Shown: piece after piece, positions 17,696 to 27,853 of the stretch
Layout of the letters: every line of letters starts with the position of its first letter
Numbering within the stretch: the stretch's first letter is position 1
Virus record (IMG/VR): IMGVR_UViG_3300005830_000062
Span: 1 to 56,678 of that record
Direction: 5' to 3' (one strand)
Length of the DNA stretch: 56,678 nucleotides
Source of the DNA: a virus
The notes under the pieces: model-generated
Database searches by the model: none
What the model saw: the letters and a program-made list of their open reading frames with translations, nothing else
What the model was told of the DNA's origin: nothing
Position numbers and translations under genes: made by a program

Positions 17696-17940
17696 TATCC
17701 CCTCGGTCTCTTCGCCTGATCGATCCCAAGGGCAAGCAATAAAGCTCCTATCAGGGATCCTAACATCAAATCAGATATATGGAAATTAGGATTTATAAAC
17801 AACCTCCCTCCTATATCTGAGATGGTGACAAAGATAACTAGTAAAGAGAGAATTATAACGACTACCAACCTCAGCCTAGGATCTGGTTTGGTCTTTTCGT
17901 TTTCTTCGTCTTCTTCCATTGCCCCCTCACACGGTTCCAC
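17695..17940 (-). CDS. Two-TM membrane protein (81 aa).
   Basis: Acidic N-terminus followed by two TM helices. Part of the lysis cluster. Confidence 0.5.
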   Translation of the reverse strand: MEPCEGAMEEDEENEKTKPDPRLRLVVVIILSLLVIFVTISDIGGRLFINPNFHISDLMLGSLIGALLLALGIDQAKRPRG

Positions 17941-18045
17941 CGTTTATATCTAATCTCATCTGAGCCCAGTTAGGATTGGAGCCCCAACTACCGTGTAATC
18001 CGGAGTCAATAGCTCGTCTTTGAAAACCTTTGGGGGTTTTTTCTT

Positions 18046-18957
18046 CTAACATATCTTAAGATGATCAAAAGTTCGATTCATTGTTTGACCATTCTGTAGT
18101 TCATTTGTGAAATCCCACAAGATACACTCGCTAACGTCAGTCTCTGGTATTCCATCTACTAAATCTATCAACCACTCAATTGGTTCACCAGATGATTCTT
18201 CCCAAATCTTCAATCGACTATATTCACCTGAATAGAATTCAACTTTTAGGATATACCACTCATTCACTCTTATGGATCCGAAAGGAAATGGTGTATTATC
18301 TGATGATACACTACGAAGAGATAATGAGGCCATACTATCAGAAATAGGATTCCAACCTTGATTTAAGTTAAGTTGAATCCTAATCTGTTGTTCAAATCCA
18401 GGCCCATACCATAAGAATCGAACAGTATCTAATCCATTAGAGATAATAGCATCCTGTTTGAATCGTGTTAGAAATTGAAACTGATTTAGTTTTAAAGGTG
18501 GGGGTACTTCATTAGATGTATCAAAAAAGCCATATTGAGTTCGATTAGTTGAGGTGAAATCAACTACAAATTCTGCACCATTTGTATAGCCATCTACATA
18601 GCCAGTACCAGTTCCCCAATTCCAATCATAATTATCTGGTGTAGTTGCAACTAATCCAACTCCTAGACGATCAAAACTGTCGAACATGCATGATAATCCT
18701 CGATTACCTAAAGTAAGGATTTCTACCTGTCCCCGATTAGAATGAATAACAACTGGAGTTCCCTCTGGAAAGACTCGACGACCCCCAAAATCTCCAGCTG
18801 CTACTTTTGCTTTGATCGCGGCTGAAGTAGAAGTTCTAGCCATCGTAACTAGAACATATTGACCAATTCCATCATAAGGTTCTGCCAAATAAGCACGATG
18901 TAATCGATTAGGAATCTGTAATCGTTCGACAATTGAAGCAAGACTAGAACTACTCAT
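18046..18957 (-). CDS. Putative receptor-binding / tail fiber protein (303 aa).
   Basis: Last structural gene. AT-rich. Its N-terminal ~85 aa are homologous to the preceding 88-aa protein. Confidence 0.45.
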   Translation of the reverse strand: MSSSSLASIVERLQIPNRLHRAYLAEPYDGIGQYVLVTMARTSTSAAIKAKVAAGDFGGRRVFPEGTPVVIHSNRGQVEILTLGNRGLSCMFDSFDRLGVGLVATTPDNYDWNWGTGTGYVDGYTNGAEFVVDFTSTNRTQYGFFDTSNEVPPPLKLNQFQFLTRFKQDAIISNGLDTVRFLWYGPGFEQQIRIQLNLNQGWNPISDSMASLSLRSVSSDNTPFPFGSIRVNEWYILKVEFYSGEYSRLKIWEESSGEPIEWLIDLVDGIPETDVSECILWDFTNELQNGQTMNRTFDHLKIC

Positions 18958-19220
18958 TTCATTCCTAATGAAAGAATCTCAACCTGACCTCTATAAACAA
19001 ATACACTAACTGGAGTACCTACTGGAATAATCTGCCCAGTTCCAAAATCACCAGATGCGACTTTGGCTTTAACTCCAGCAGATGTAGAAGTTCTAGCAAA
19101 GGTTACTAATACATATTGACCGATTCCATCATAGTCCTCACCAAGATAGGCTCGGTGAATACGGTGCTGATTTGTTTGAGTACTGAGTTCAGTTAATCGC
19201 CTTGATGGTTGTATCTTCAT
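18954..19220 (-). CDS. Small tail-associated protein, paralog of the N-terminal domain of 18046..18957.
   Basis: Shared string HRAYL.E.YDGIGQYVLVT.ARTSTSA..KAKVA.GDFG...GTPV...RGQVEIL.LG. Confidence 0.5.
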   Translation of the reverse strand: MKIQPSRRLTELSTQTNQHRIHRAYLGEDYDGIGQYVLVTFARTSTSAGVKAKVASGDFGTGQIIPVGTPVSVFVYRGQVEILSLGMK

Positions 19221-21781
19221 GGGATTAGGCTATTATCAAGAGTAAGAAGTTGACGAGGTTCTTTGGATTGATTAATCCGAATAGACATTCCTTCAATTCT
19301 TACAATTGTAGTATTACCCAGATTATCAACCCACTCAATAGCATCCATCCTATTCAAATCGAAGAATAGGATAACTGTTCCACCAGGGGCAACTCCAATT
19401 TGACCTCGTCTGATTTCTTCTCTAGTTCTATCTTTTACAGAATCCCAATCTAGAAGTTCAGGCAAATCATAATAACCCACAATCTGCCTATCTCGAGATT
19501 GAGTATCTACTTCATCTACTTCTATCCAGGTATGTTCATTTCCATCAACTACAGCTAGATTAATTCTACGATTAGCCTCATCAGTATGTTCCGTAGAAAT
19601 GATACGATCCTGAATTTTCTTAACTGGAGTCTTGTCAGTGAAACGTCCGATCTGGATAAAACCATTTTTCCAAATCATTTGAAGTTTTTCAGTTTCTAGC
19701 GCCGTCTTTAAAGCTACTGCTGGACTGGGAATATCTGTCTGTGGACCCCAGATGATTGCATATGCTTTAGATTCTGCATTTCCAACTACTACATCATGAT
19801 AATCTCCCATTGATAAAGCAGTACGGATTAGATCCTCCATTGTCAGATTAGCTTCCCAATCAGTAAGTGTGAAATTAGAAATCTTGTAACTTGTCGCATT
19901 AAAACCTACATAACCAGGTTTGACATGTTCAGGATCTACTAGTTTACTATCTAATTTCAGATCATCATTATAGTAGATCTTATAAGCCCCATAAACTATA
20001 TCAACTTTAATTTTATGATTAGATGTTGACGTAATAGAAGTAGAGTCTAGGTTAGTAGAAACACCATTCTTTACCTGAGCAAGAAAGATAGTAGAACCAG
20101 ATATATAAACCTTCATATAATTGAGAGAGTTTACATATCTGAAGATCACAGTAGGAGTTCCTGTAACCCCAGACAAAGTAACTTCTATATTCGGATTATG
20201 ACCTTTCCAGCCAGTATACAAACAAATACCGCGAGATTGAAGACGATAATCTGTTGTCTCTAGAGGTGCAGAATCAGTTTCAAAGAAGTAGTTGAATGAT
20301 TTATTCCTTTTACCATCAGCCCAATCTTCCCAAAGAGTTTTACCTAGGAAATTGTAAGTATCTCTAAGTGAATTAGATAAACGATCCCAAACATCACCGA
20401 CTTGAACCCTTAGTCGACTAGATTCACCTTCTATCGAACGAGTAATTCTTCTAACCCACCAATCATTGAAATCAAAAAACTCAAACTGACCAGTTGTAGT
20501 TTTGATACCTACTTGAATTTTAGTACGTCTATCAGAAAGTGAAAGAATGTTATCGTTTACACCTAGTGGGTTTGAGACAGTATACTCACCATTACCTACT
20601 TGATTATCTGAAGGCATTTCCATGTTAACTTCTGGAACGAAGTTAGTTAAATCATACGTAACTGAAGATAATGGACGATACCAGACTTCACTATTACCAA
20701 CTAAGTAAACGTAAGATCCGGATTCGAAAACATACCAACCATGAAGACCTGAGATACCAGTATGAACTGGTTCTGACCAGTGATACAGGTCCTTAGATCG
20801 TTGCCATATAAGAGGGGAGTAGGTATCTGAGATAAGTTGATAATTTTCATCAACATGGTGTTCATTAGAGAATAGATACCAATACCCATCAGATAATAGA
20901 AACATCCTCGGGTAATTAAGTTCGTTATGACCCCAATCACTACCTACACCCCGAATTAGAGATAACGGTTCTGGTCGTGTAGTGGCACCATAGGTAGTAC
21001 TGGGAAGATAAGATATGACAATACTATCACCACGAGACTTTGCTCTGGGATCTGAAAACATTCCTATGCTTTGAAGTCGATAAAGTTTGGAGTTGATTAT
21101 ATAGCCCCAGATGGTAGTTCTATACCATTCATAGTTTAAGATATCGCTTGCTGGAGTGACCGAGTTGATATTCTCTGTGTAATATAAATCAAGAGTACGT
21201 CCGCCATGATTAGAAGTCTTCAATAAACGAAGATACATCATTCCGTTTGTGCCACCTTCTACTGGATAGATAGTGACACAATCTGCAGTTGGGTTCCAAA
21301 CTAAAGCATTATCTCGGTAAACACTTCCATCTGATTTAGAATGGTAAATGGTATAAGTACTAGCTCCTGTTGCAACTACTGCTACAGCTATATGATCACC
21401 AGAATAGAGTAATGACCAACTATTCCACTGAGCAGCTAAAGTAGGATCTGTAATAGTTTGAACATAGAGTTGGCGATCAGATTCTGATCCATCACCAACT
21501 CTTGCTCGAATGATATTACCATTTCCTAATAGTAAAGCTGAAGATTGTGCTCTATAAGATTGGGATAGAATACTAGTAACAGGCCCACCAGTAACGAAAT
21601 CTTTCTGTCTGATTTCAGTACCGGTTAGTTTTACCCATTGGTTTAGATTCTCATCGATAATAGAGATCTTTAATCCGGTTTCCCTGCTCCTTAATTCTTG
21701 GGCTGCTAATAGTTCAGCAGAAAAAGCCCCATAAGTACCAGCAGCCCCATATAAAACCGATGTTCCGTACTTTGTTGGCAT
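19217..21781 (-). CDS. Large distal tail / baseplate protein (854 aa).
   Basis: Size and position downstream of the tape measure and small tail proteins. Very AT-rich. Confidence 0.5.
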   Translation of the reverse strand: MPTKYGTSVLYGAAGTYGAFSAELLAAQELRSRETGLKISIIDENLNQWVKLTGTEIRQKDFVTGGPVTSILSQSYRAQSSALLLGNGNIIRARVGDGSESDRQLYVQTITDPTLAAQWNSWSLLYSGDHIAVAVVATGASTYTIYHSKSDGSVYRDNALVWNPTADCVTIYPVEGGTNGMMYLRLLKTSNHGGRTLDLYYTENINSVTPASDILNYEWYRTTIWGYIINSKLYRLQSIGMFSDPRAKSRGDSIVISYLPSTTYGATTRPEPLSLIRGVGSDWGHNELNYPRMFLLSDGYWYLFSNEHHVDENYQLISDTYSPLIWQRSKDLYHWSEPVHTGISGLHGWYVFESGSYVYLVGNSEVWYRPLSSVTYDLTNFVPEVNMEMPSDNQVGNGEYTVSNPLGVNDNILSLSDRRTKIQVGIKTTTGQFEFFDFNDWWVRRITRSIEGESSRLRVQVGDVWDRLSNSLRDTYNFLGKTLWEDWADGKRNKSFNYFFETDSAPLETTDYRLQSRGICLYTGWKGHNPNIEVTLSGVTGTPTVIFRYVNSLNYMKVYISGSTIFLAQVKNGVSTNLDSTSITSTSNHKIKVDIVYGAYKIYYNDDLKLDSKLVDPEHVKPGYVGFNATSYKISNFTLTDWEANLTMEDLIRTALSMGDYHDVVVGNAESKAYAIIWGPQTDIPSPAVALKTALETEKLQMIWKNGFIQIGRFTDKTPVKKIQDRIISTEHTDEANRRINLAVVDGNEHTWIEVDEVDTQSRDRQIVGYYDLPELLDWDSVKDRTREEIRRGQIGVAPGGTVILFFDLNRMDAIEWVDNLGNTTIVRIEGMSIRINQSKEPRQLLTLDNSLIP

Positions 21782-22464
21782 TATAATCGCTCGCGGAAAG
21801 TAAAGACAATAGAAAGATCTTGACCTGGATCATTAGAACCGACAGCATCTACATCAACGACAATCTGAACCCCAGACGGATAAGTAATATAGTTAGGACT
21901 AGCATGAGACCAAACTCTAATTCCGGCATTGAAGATAGGACGTAATCCGGGTGAAGCAGCATATAATGAAGTAGGTCCGAAGTTTATATCCAAAGCAGTA
22001 GTAGCACCAGATGGTGCACGACGTAATCTTGCATCAATACTTTGAATAGATAAACTTTTACCGAATGAGAAGGGAGAACCTAATGAAGCCCCATTTGGAA
22101 GAGATCCTTGATAGTACCACGGAATAACTTGTAGACCATGAACATCAGCATCCATTAAATGATCATATAAATTAGCCCCTCCCACAGGAAGGGCACCAGA
22201 GGGGAGAGTTATGGCAGTTGGATTGATTCTTGGGCCTTGTCCACTAGCTCCATCATGTTTATGCGCCCCTGTGGGATTTCCAAGCCGATAATCTAGTGTA
22301 GTTGCAACTGAGGAGCTATCTATCCCAATTTTCTTTTCGATTGCCTTGATAGCTTCCTTGATATTGTTATGATGATCATCTATAATCGCAGTTACGGTAT
22401 CGGTGACGTCGAAAAGTTCGGTATCTGTGTCCAATACGCTTGGGAAGTTAGTATTGCCAGCCAT
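21781..22464 (-). CDS. Tail fiber-like protein (227 aa).
   Basis: The N-terminus FPSVLDTDTELFDVTD...HHNNIKEAIKAIEKKIG resembles common phage fiber N-termini. Position is consistent. Confidence 0.4.
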   Translation of the reverse strand: MAGNTNFPSVLDTDTELFDVTDTVTAIIDDHHNNIKEAIKAIEKKIGIDSSSVATTLDYRLGNPTGAHKHDGASGQGPRINPTAITLPSGALPVGGANLYDHLMDADVHGLQVIPWYYQGSLPNGASLGSPFSFGKSLSIQSIDARLRRAPSGATTALDINFGPTSLYAASPGLRPIFNAGIRVWSHASPNYITYPSGVQIVVDVDAVGSNDPGQDLSIVFTFRERL

Positions 22465-22466
22465 GA

Positions 22467-22910
22467 TTACTGTCCTTCCTCAAACTGGACCACTACTTCA
22501 TATTCAACAGTATCCCCCGCTTCTCGGGGAAACACTCTGAAATTATGTTCAAGTGAAGTGTCAGACCAGTGAATTAGGTAAGTTCCTTCTGGAGCCTTCA
22601 TTCCCAATACACCAGGATGATTCCACATCTCTCGTAGTTGTGAGTATTGGGTAGCAGCAATTACTCCAAGTCGATCTAGAAATTTAGTCTCACAGGCGAT
22701 AGAAAAAGGTGACCACTTACGAAAACCTGGGCCGTTGTCGTAAATATACTTGAACTTACCGTTCTGATTCTTCACTACATCATACTGAACATATCTCTCT
22801 TCAGTGGGAGGCTTGTAATCTTTAGTGAAGAAAGAATAAGTAGCCGCTGCTGTGGCACCAGATGGACCGACATAGGTTGCATGGGAAAGTATCAACAAGT
22901 TTTGATTCAT
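22467..22910 (-). CDS. Distal tail protein candidate (147 aa).
   Basis: Lies immediately after the tape measure gene with a 4-nt overlap. Confidence 0.4.
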   Translation of the reverse strand: MNQNLLILSHATYVGPSGATAAATYSFFTKDYKPPTEERYVQYDVVKNQNGKFKYIYDNGPGFRKWSPFSIACETKFLDRLGVIAATQYSQLREMWNHPGVLGMKAPEGTYLIHWSDTSLEHNFRVFPREAGDTVEYEVVVQFEEGQ

Positions 22911-25402
22911 GTTCGAAGCGCCTCCTGCACCGCCTCTTTCACTAACCGCTTGAACTTATACGTATCTCTCAATGGATCCACAGAGCCATAGAGGTTGAAG
23001 GGTCCAATCTGTTCTGCCGCCATTTGTGAATCTCTCAAGGCTTGGGTCACGCGATTAGAAAGGATAACCCCAAGTTCAGTTCCGCCTTCTCCCACCTTGA
23101 CATTCTGTCCGAATGGTGAACTGGAGTTGTTCAATGGGATGATCCCGCCCTGCTGGAAACCGTGGAACTGGCCGGCAAGATTAGCGAGGTCATGGATCGC
23201 ATTAGAACTGTAAATAGATTGCGCTCTATAAGCAGCGGCTAAGGTGGAATCGATACCCTTCAATAACTGAGCCAACTGCTTTGGAGTCATCAAACCACTA
23301 GCAATAAGAGCGGTTCCGAAGGCTTTCAAGAAAGCTTTAGCAGAAAGCTGACCCTGGATCAATCCGCTGGTCTTGTAGATATCCTGAATTGATCTAACAT
23401 AGCTGAACTGCATCCGAACTTTAGCTTGATTTTCTGCACTAGCCGTCAGAACTGCTTTCTTAGCCGCTTCGTTGAATGCGGCCTGTTCAGCTAGCAGTGC
23501 CTTCTTCTTAGCCTCTAGAGCTTTCCTATCGGCTTCTCGGCTCGCCTCAAGTTGCTTCTGGAGGTTCTTCAAATAGGAGCTGGTGCCTGATTGCCTCAGA
23601 GCTTCTTTCTTTTGTTCGGCCAATTCAGCAAGTTGGACTTCGTCCTGAACGGCATCCTTCTGATCATTGAGTTTGTCGATCAGGGCTTGGCGTTCTAGGT
23701 CTTGCTGTTCAGCCAGCATGTTGCGATTTTCCTGGGCTCTCCGTTCCAGGAAGTCGCCGATACTTTCACCTTCTTGTCGCCGGAGTGTCTTGGACATCCG
23801 GTACTGAAGATCAAGTAACTGGTTGAGGCGAGACTGCTCGGCACCCTCTTTCTGAAGGGCATTGATCTTGGCATTTATAGCTTCGAGAAGGAACTTACCG
23901 GAATACTTCTCTAGATCTATATTCTTGCCAAGAAGTCGCAACCTCTGTCGCAGGAGAATTAGTGCTCGTTCCTCCGCGATATTCCTCAGAGCCGCAGCTC
24001 GGCTAGCGCCACCCCCGCCACCCCCACCAAAAGCGGCATCCAACTTAGCTTGGAGGGCTCTGGTTCTAGCAGACTCCCCGGAGCCGAGATTCTCAATAGC
24101 AGTATCTGTGGCCGCTGATCTAGACGCAACCACAGAGGCGACAGCTGCGGAAAGAGCTTCTTCAGCAATGGTAGCTCGTGAGGCGTCCGCCGCCATCTGA
24201 GCCTGAGCTGCTGCTGCTTGAAGGGCGGCATCTCTTAATTCTCGAAGCTGAGATTCTAGTCTCTGGGTTACTGCCTCTTCGAGAGTTATATCACCGATGT
24301 AAGTCTGAACTGCGGTAGAGGCACCGCGATATCCGCCCTGAACTCGAACCAGTATATTATGAAGAGTACCCTCCTGTCGGGCCTCTTCCGTGATTACCTC
24401 TGCGACCTTCTTCCGAAGATCAGCTTCTACGCCCTTCTGATTGACCAGTAGATCTAGGATTTTCTTTTCTTGTTCTAGTTTCTCTATGAGTCGCTGCTGT
24501 GCCGCGGCTTCACCTAGAACTCCAGTCAACTGACCAGCGAGAGCTTTATCTGAAACTCCAAAGTTAGCTACGATTTCGCTAGCGGCCTGAAGATCAGAGA
24601 TAGTTTTGGCATCGGCCAACTTCAGGACTTCGTCAGCCAACTCTTTCAGAGATTCTCTGGCATGGCGAGAAGGATCAATTAGATCCTGAATGGCTGAACC
24701 AATATTCTCTAGAGCAGTTTGAGCGAGGGTGAAGCCGATACCAAGAACAGCGCCACCGAAGATACCGCCGATAGCACCTACAGCCAAACCAGCGAGTCTT
24801 GGAGCAAAGCCAGCTCTAACCTGTTGAAGTCTGGTAAGCTGATGTTCCTGTCCTACTAGTCGTTTGTTTCTTTCGACAGTGGCTTTCTGGTATCTTTCAC
24901 TCCTGCTTTCAAGAACTGATTCTCTTTCCCTAAGTTTAGAACGGTTGAGAACTAGTTCTGTTTCTTTCGCAGTGAGCCCGACTGATCGAAGACCAGCAGC
25001 TAAAGTCGTTCGGAGAGTAGCTGCTTCCGCTTTGGCAGTTTTACTTCGTGATGATTCTTTGGCTTCTAGTACCTTGAGTTCTTTTCGTTGGCTCGCATCT
25101 AGCCGACCCCGCATAATAAGATCGGCTTGTTGGAGTTTATGACGGACCTGTCCTAATTCTGTCTGGCGCTTCTTTTCGTAGATATTGGCATTGTTCTGAG
25201 CGTGCTCAATCTGCCTAATATCATTTTGAAGCTGATCGACCTCTTTACCATCATATGTAGTAAGGAACTCAACGAAGATCCGCAGAGCGCCAGCAGCTGT
25301 ACCTCGGGCGCCACCAACTGCGCCGAGTGAAGTAGTCGCTACCGAAGATTGTCCTAGTTTTGGATTGCTTCTGGTCGAGAAAGTCACCGCGCCCTCAGCC
25401 AA
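22907..25402 (-). CDS. Tape measure protein (831 aa).
   Basis: Long Ala/Gln/Leu/Lys-rich coiled-coil sequence with a Gly tract. Lies after the chaperone gene. TTG start. Confidence 0.85.
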   Translation of the reverse strand: MAEGAVTFSTRSNPKLGQSSVATTSLGAVGGARGTAAGALRIFVEFLTTYDGKEVDQLQNDIRQIEHAQNNANIYEKKRQTELGQVRHKLQQADLIMRGRLDASQRKELKVLEAKESSRSKTAKAEAATLRTTLAAGLRSVGLTAKETELVLNRSKLRERESVLESRSERYQKATVERNKRLVGQEHQLTRLQQVRAGFAPRLAGLAVGAIGGIFGGAVLGIGFTLAQTALENIGSAIQDLIDPSRHARESLKELADEVLKLADAKTISDLQAASEIVANFGVSDKALAGQLTGVLGEAAAQQRLIEKLEQEKKILDLLVNQKGVEADLRKKVAEVITEEARQEGTLHNILVRVQGGYRGASTAVQTYIGDITLEEAVTQRLESQLRELRDAALQAAAAQAQMAADASRATIAEEALSAAVASVVASRSAATDTAIENLGSGESARTRALQAKLDAAFGGGGGGGASRAAALRNIAEERALILLRQRLRLLGKNIDLEKYSGKFLLEAINAKINALQKEGAEQSRLNQLLDLQYRMSKTLRRQEGESIGDFLERRAQENRNMLAEQQDLERQALIDKLNDQKDAVQDEVQLAELAEQKKEALRQSGTSSYLKNLQKQLEASREADRKALEAKKKALLAEQAAFNEAAKKAVLTASAENQAKVRMQFSYVRSIQDIYKTSGLIQGQLSAKAFLKAFGTALIASGLMTPKQLAQLLKGIDSTLAAAYRAQSIYSSNAIHDLANLAGQFHGFQQGGIIPLNNSSSPFGQNVKVGEGGTELGVILSNRVTQALRDSQMAAEQIGPFNLYGSVDPLRDTYKFKRLVKEAVQEALRT

Positions 25403-25547
25403 TCCTTATTCGGAAGGTCTTCTATTTCAACAGCAGTTTCAGCATCCTCTGCCGCTGAAGCAGCTTCATTATAAGCAGCCACAGGGTTGGGCGCCTTGAG
25501 TGAAAGCTCCCAATTCCTCTTATCCCATGTGGCCCGTTCTATTTCAC
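25384..25547 (-). other. -1 frame extension of the tail assembly chaperone (putative G-T type frameshift product).
   Basis: The -1 frame is open from upstream of 25680 through the chaperone stop (25548) to a TGA at 25384. It contains no ATG. Confidence 0.35.
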
Positions 25548-26078
25548 CTAGGATAAAGAGGAGTTCTCCGTAGGTGAGATCTCTGATAGTATCTCGGTCG
25601 AGTCCGCTGATGAGGAGTCTGGCCCAGATTCTGTCTTCTGAGTATTTTCCTCCCCCGGCAGTAGATCTGAAAGAATCCCAGAAAGAACTGTCGGGGTCGT
25701 CGAGTTTGGGTCTACGAGAGCCTTGACCTGTTCTAGTTCATTTACATCGCAGATGGCGATAAGAATCTCGACAACTTGATTCATGAAAAGGGGCTCCGCC
25801 ATTGCGGTTTCAAAAGCCCCAGCATCTAAACCAATCTGCAACAGCTGAACTGGGTCGGTGAACTTTTCTCCCAACTTTGCTTGAAGTTGAGGGATGTTAG
25901 TATCAGGCTCTACGTAGATCTTAACTGCGTCGTTTAGAATAGTAACATGCTGCTGAATGACTTCGTTACCAAAGTCATTCCGGCGTTCCCAAGGCAATGG
26001 AGCCACGACGATGATCCTATCGCCTCCAAGATCAACCTCGATTGGCTCCCGCCTAAACGCCTGCCGCCTCTCACCCAT
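25548..26078 (-). CDS. Tail assembly chaperone (gpG-like).
   Basis: Position between the tail tube and tape measure genes. Acidic C-terminus. Confidence 0.55.
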   Translation of the reverse strand: MGERRQAFRREPIEVDLGGDRIIVVAPLPWERRNDFGNEVIQQHVTILNDAVKIYVEPDTNIPQLQAKLGEKFTDPVQLLQIGLDAGAFETAMAEPLFMNQVVEILIAICDVNELEQVKALVDPNSTTPTVLSGILSDLLPGEENTQKTESGPDSSSADSTEILSEISPTENSSLS

Positions 26079-26090
26079 TTGAAGTTACCC

Positions 26091-26717
26091 CTACGTGTGA
26101 TCGAAGAGGGCGCCGAACGCCACCTCCGGATTGATGGTGGTAGCAATCTCCGGGAAGGCGCGAAGCTCGAAGGGCGGGCTCGCGGGATCCGTCTTGTCGA
26201 ACCGGAAGGCTTTCTCACCGCCTGAGACAGCCGCACGTCGGAAGACGAATGCGAAAACTTTCCCATTGGTGGCCTTCGGGAAGACTACAGCCCAGCGTCG
26301 TTCCTGGGTCTTGTTGTCACTATCATCCAGTGGGCGATAGGTCTGTGTAGCGGCTGTGCCAACCACGCTGGCAACACCCATATCCATCGCAACTGATAAC
26401 TGACTGGTGTCGATCATGACTTCAGCTAACTGAGTCGTGATCGTATAAGACCGGTCCGTGATGTCCTGATCATAAGCTCCAAGGATCTGATCGACATCAT
26501 CTCGGACTGCGATATCCAAGTTCTTGTTGACGTTTACCCCACCACGGGTGAGACCGAATGAAACCCAGCTGGCTCCTGGAGCTCCAGTACTGGGATTGAT
26601 TACATTCTCAATAAGAGTGGGGAACCCAACAGAGGCGTCTGCGTAGAGAATCTTCGCCGGTCCCCGAAGCGTCTTAAGGAGATCGATCGAATTCTCGAGG
26701 ATCTGACGCTGAGTCAC
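26091..26717 (-). CDS. Major tail (tube) protein candidate (208 aa).
   Basis: Gene order and size. Called by position only. Confidence 0.5.
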   Translation of the reverse strand: MTQRQILENSIDLLKTLRGPAKILYADASVGFPTLIENVINPSTGAPGASWVSFGLTRGGVNVNKNLDIAVRDDVDQILGAYDQDITDRSYTITTQLAEVMIDTSQLSVAMDMGVASVVGTAATQTYRPLDDSDNKTQERRWAVVFPKATNGKVFAFVFRRAAVSGGEKAFRFDKTDPASPPFELRAFPEIATTINPEVAFGALFDHT

Positions 26718-26727
26718 CTGTTCCTCC

Positions 26728-27318
26728 TTAGGAGATGCTAGATGTAATGGCCTTCTGGACGGCGGCTTCCATATCCCTCACGAAAAGGGCTCCCTCCTGT
26801 TCTGCTACTTCACTAATCACATCCCTGGGGAAGCCACCTGATCTTTTGCCCCACAGGACTTCTTTGACGTAGATACCTGAGCCTGGGCGACTCCCAGTAA
26901 ACTTTCCCGCTTCTCCCCGCGTGTACCTCCTTGCCAGTGAATTGGGGAATGGGATCCTCAACATCTTAGTATTTCTGGCCCGGATCGTAAAGGGTCCCAC
27001 TGGGAATCTCTTGAAGTAGCCGCCCAGCATAGCTGTTACGTATCTAAGCTCTCGCCTATCCTGGATATAGAACTTGACTTCAGCGCCTTCTGGACGGTTG
27101 AATGTTTTGAAGGTAATTCCCTGAGCTAACATCCCCGTGGCCCAAGCGCTGGTATACTCAGCTTCCATTTCGGCCTTGAATCTGAATACCGTTTGCTTGG
27201 CCCGTTCTCTTATCGCCTCCCGCAGTTCTTTGAGGGCTGCTGGAGTGAGTCGTCGCGCAGACGCTATTGCTTCATCAGCTCCAGTTACCTGAATGGTAAC
27301 TGACATCAACTCAGGCAT
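26728..27318 (-). CDS. Tail completion / head-tail joining protein candidate.
   Basis: Position only. Confidence 0.35.
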   Translation of the reverse strand: MPELMSVTIQVTGADEAIASARRLTPAALKELREAIRERAKQTVFRFKAEMEAEYTSAWATGMLAQGITFKTFNRPEGAEVKFYIQDRRELRYVTAMLGGYFKRFPVGPFTIRARNTKMLRIPFPNSLARRYTRGEAGKFTGSRPGSGIYVKEVLWGKRSGGFPRDVISEVAEQEGALFVRDMEAAVQKAITSSIS

Positions 27319-27850
27319 GATCTGATGGGCCCCCTTCGCTCACCACCCATATCAGATCAATTCTAAATCCAGCAATCCAATATTCTCGCCCATCCTGTTC
27401 GTCTACTAATTCAGCCCCAGAGAAAGCCGCGCCAGCGAAACCTAATTCTCTGATACTGAAATCATTACCCAGAGCACTAACAGTTTGATGCATATATTGA
27501 TGGGCTTTGACGAACGTTTCTACAGCCTGCTCATGGCGTTTGATTGCATCATTGACGGACTCTTCACTCATGCCGGAGAGTACTCCAGCGATATGTCCAT
27601 CATAAGTATAGAGCCATAACCCTTCGTTGGTTTCACCCGCGAAGGCTTTCGAGATGATATCTACCGCATAGGCGGGCATCTCATTGAGCTTAGCGTTATA
27701 GACTCCACCTACCAGATTAGCTGTCTCGATGCTCTTAGGAGGTTCTAGATGAACACTATCTCCATAAACGGCTGAAACTTGAGTCAGATAAGTGATGATA
27801 TGACTACGGAGATGGTCGGCGGTGATATCAGCAATTTCTTCCTGATACAT
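27311..27850 (-). CDS. Head-tail joining protein candidate.
   Basis: Position only. Confidence 0.35.
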   Translation of the reverse strand: MYQEEIADITADHLRSHIITYLTQVSAVYGDSVHLEPPKSIETANLVGGVYNAKLNEMPAYAVDIISKAFAGETNEGLWLYTYDGHIAGVLSGMSEESVNDAIKRHEQAVETFVKAHQYMHQTVSALGNDFSIRELGFAGAAFSGAELVDEQDGREYWIAGFRIDLIWVVSEGGPSDHA

Positions 27851-27853
27851 CAG

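Noticed and set aside
17941-18045. A/T-rich hairpin gAAAACCtttggGGGTTTTTTc between the tail and lysis genes, considered as a terminator.
   Set aside because: The U tract follows the stem only on the plus strand, where nothing is transcribed. On the coding (minus) strand no U run follows. The stem is only 6 bp and weak.
23986-24030. G/C homopolymer-like tract (ccacccccgccacccccacc).
   Set aside because: It lies in frame inside the tape measure gene and simply encodes a GGGGGG linker. It is not a regulatory or slippage element as far as I can tell.
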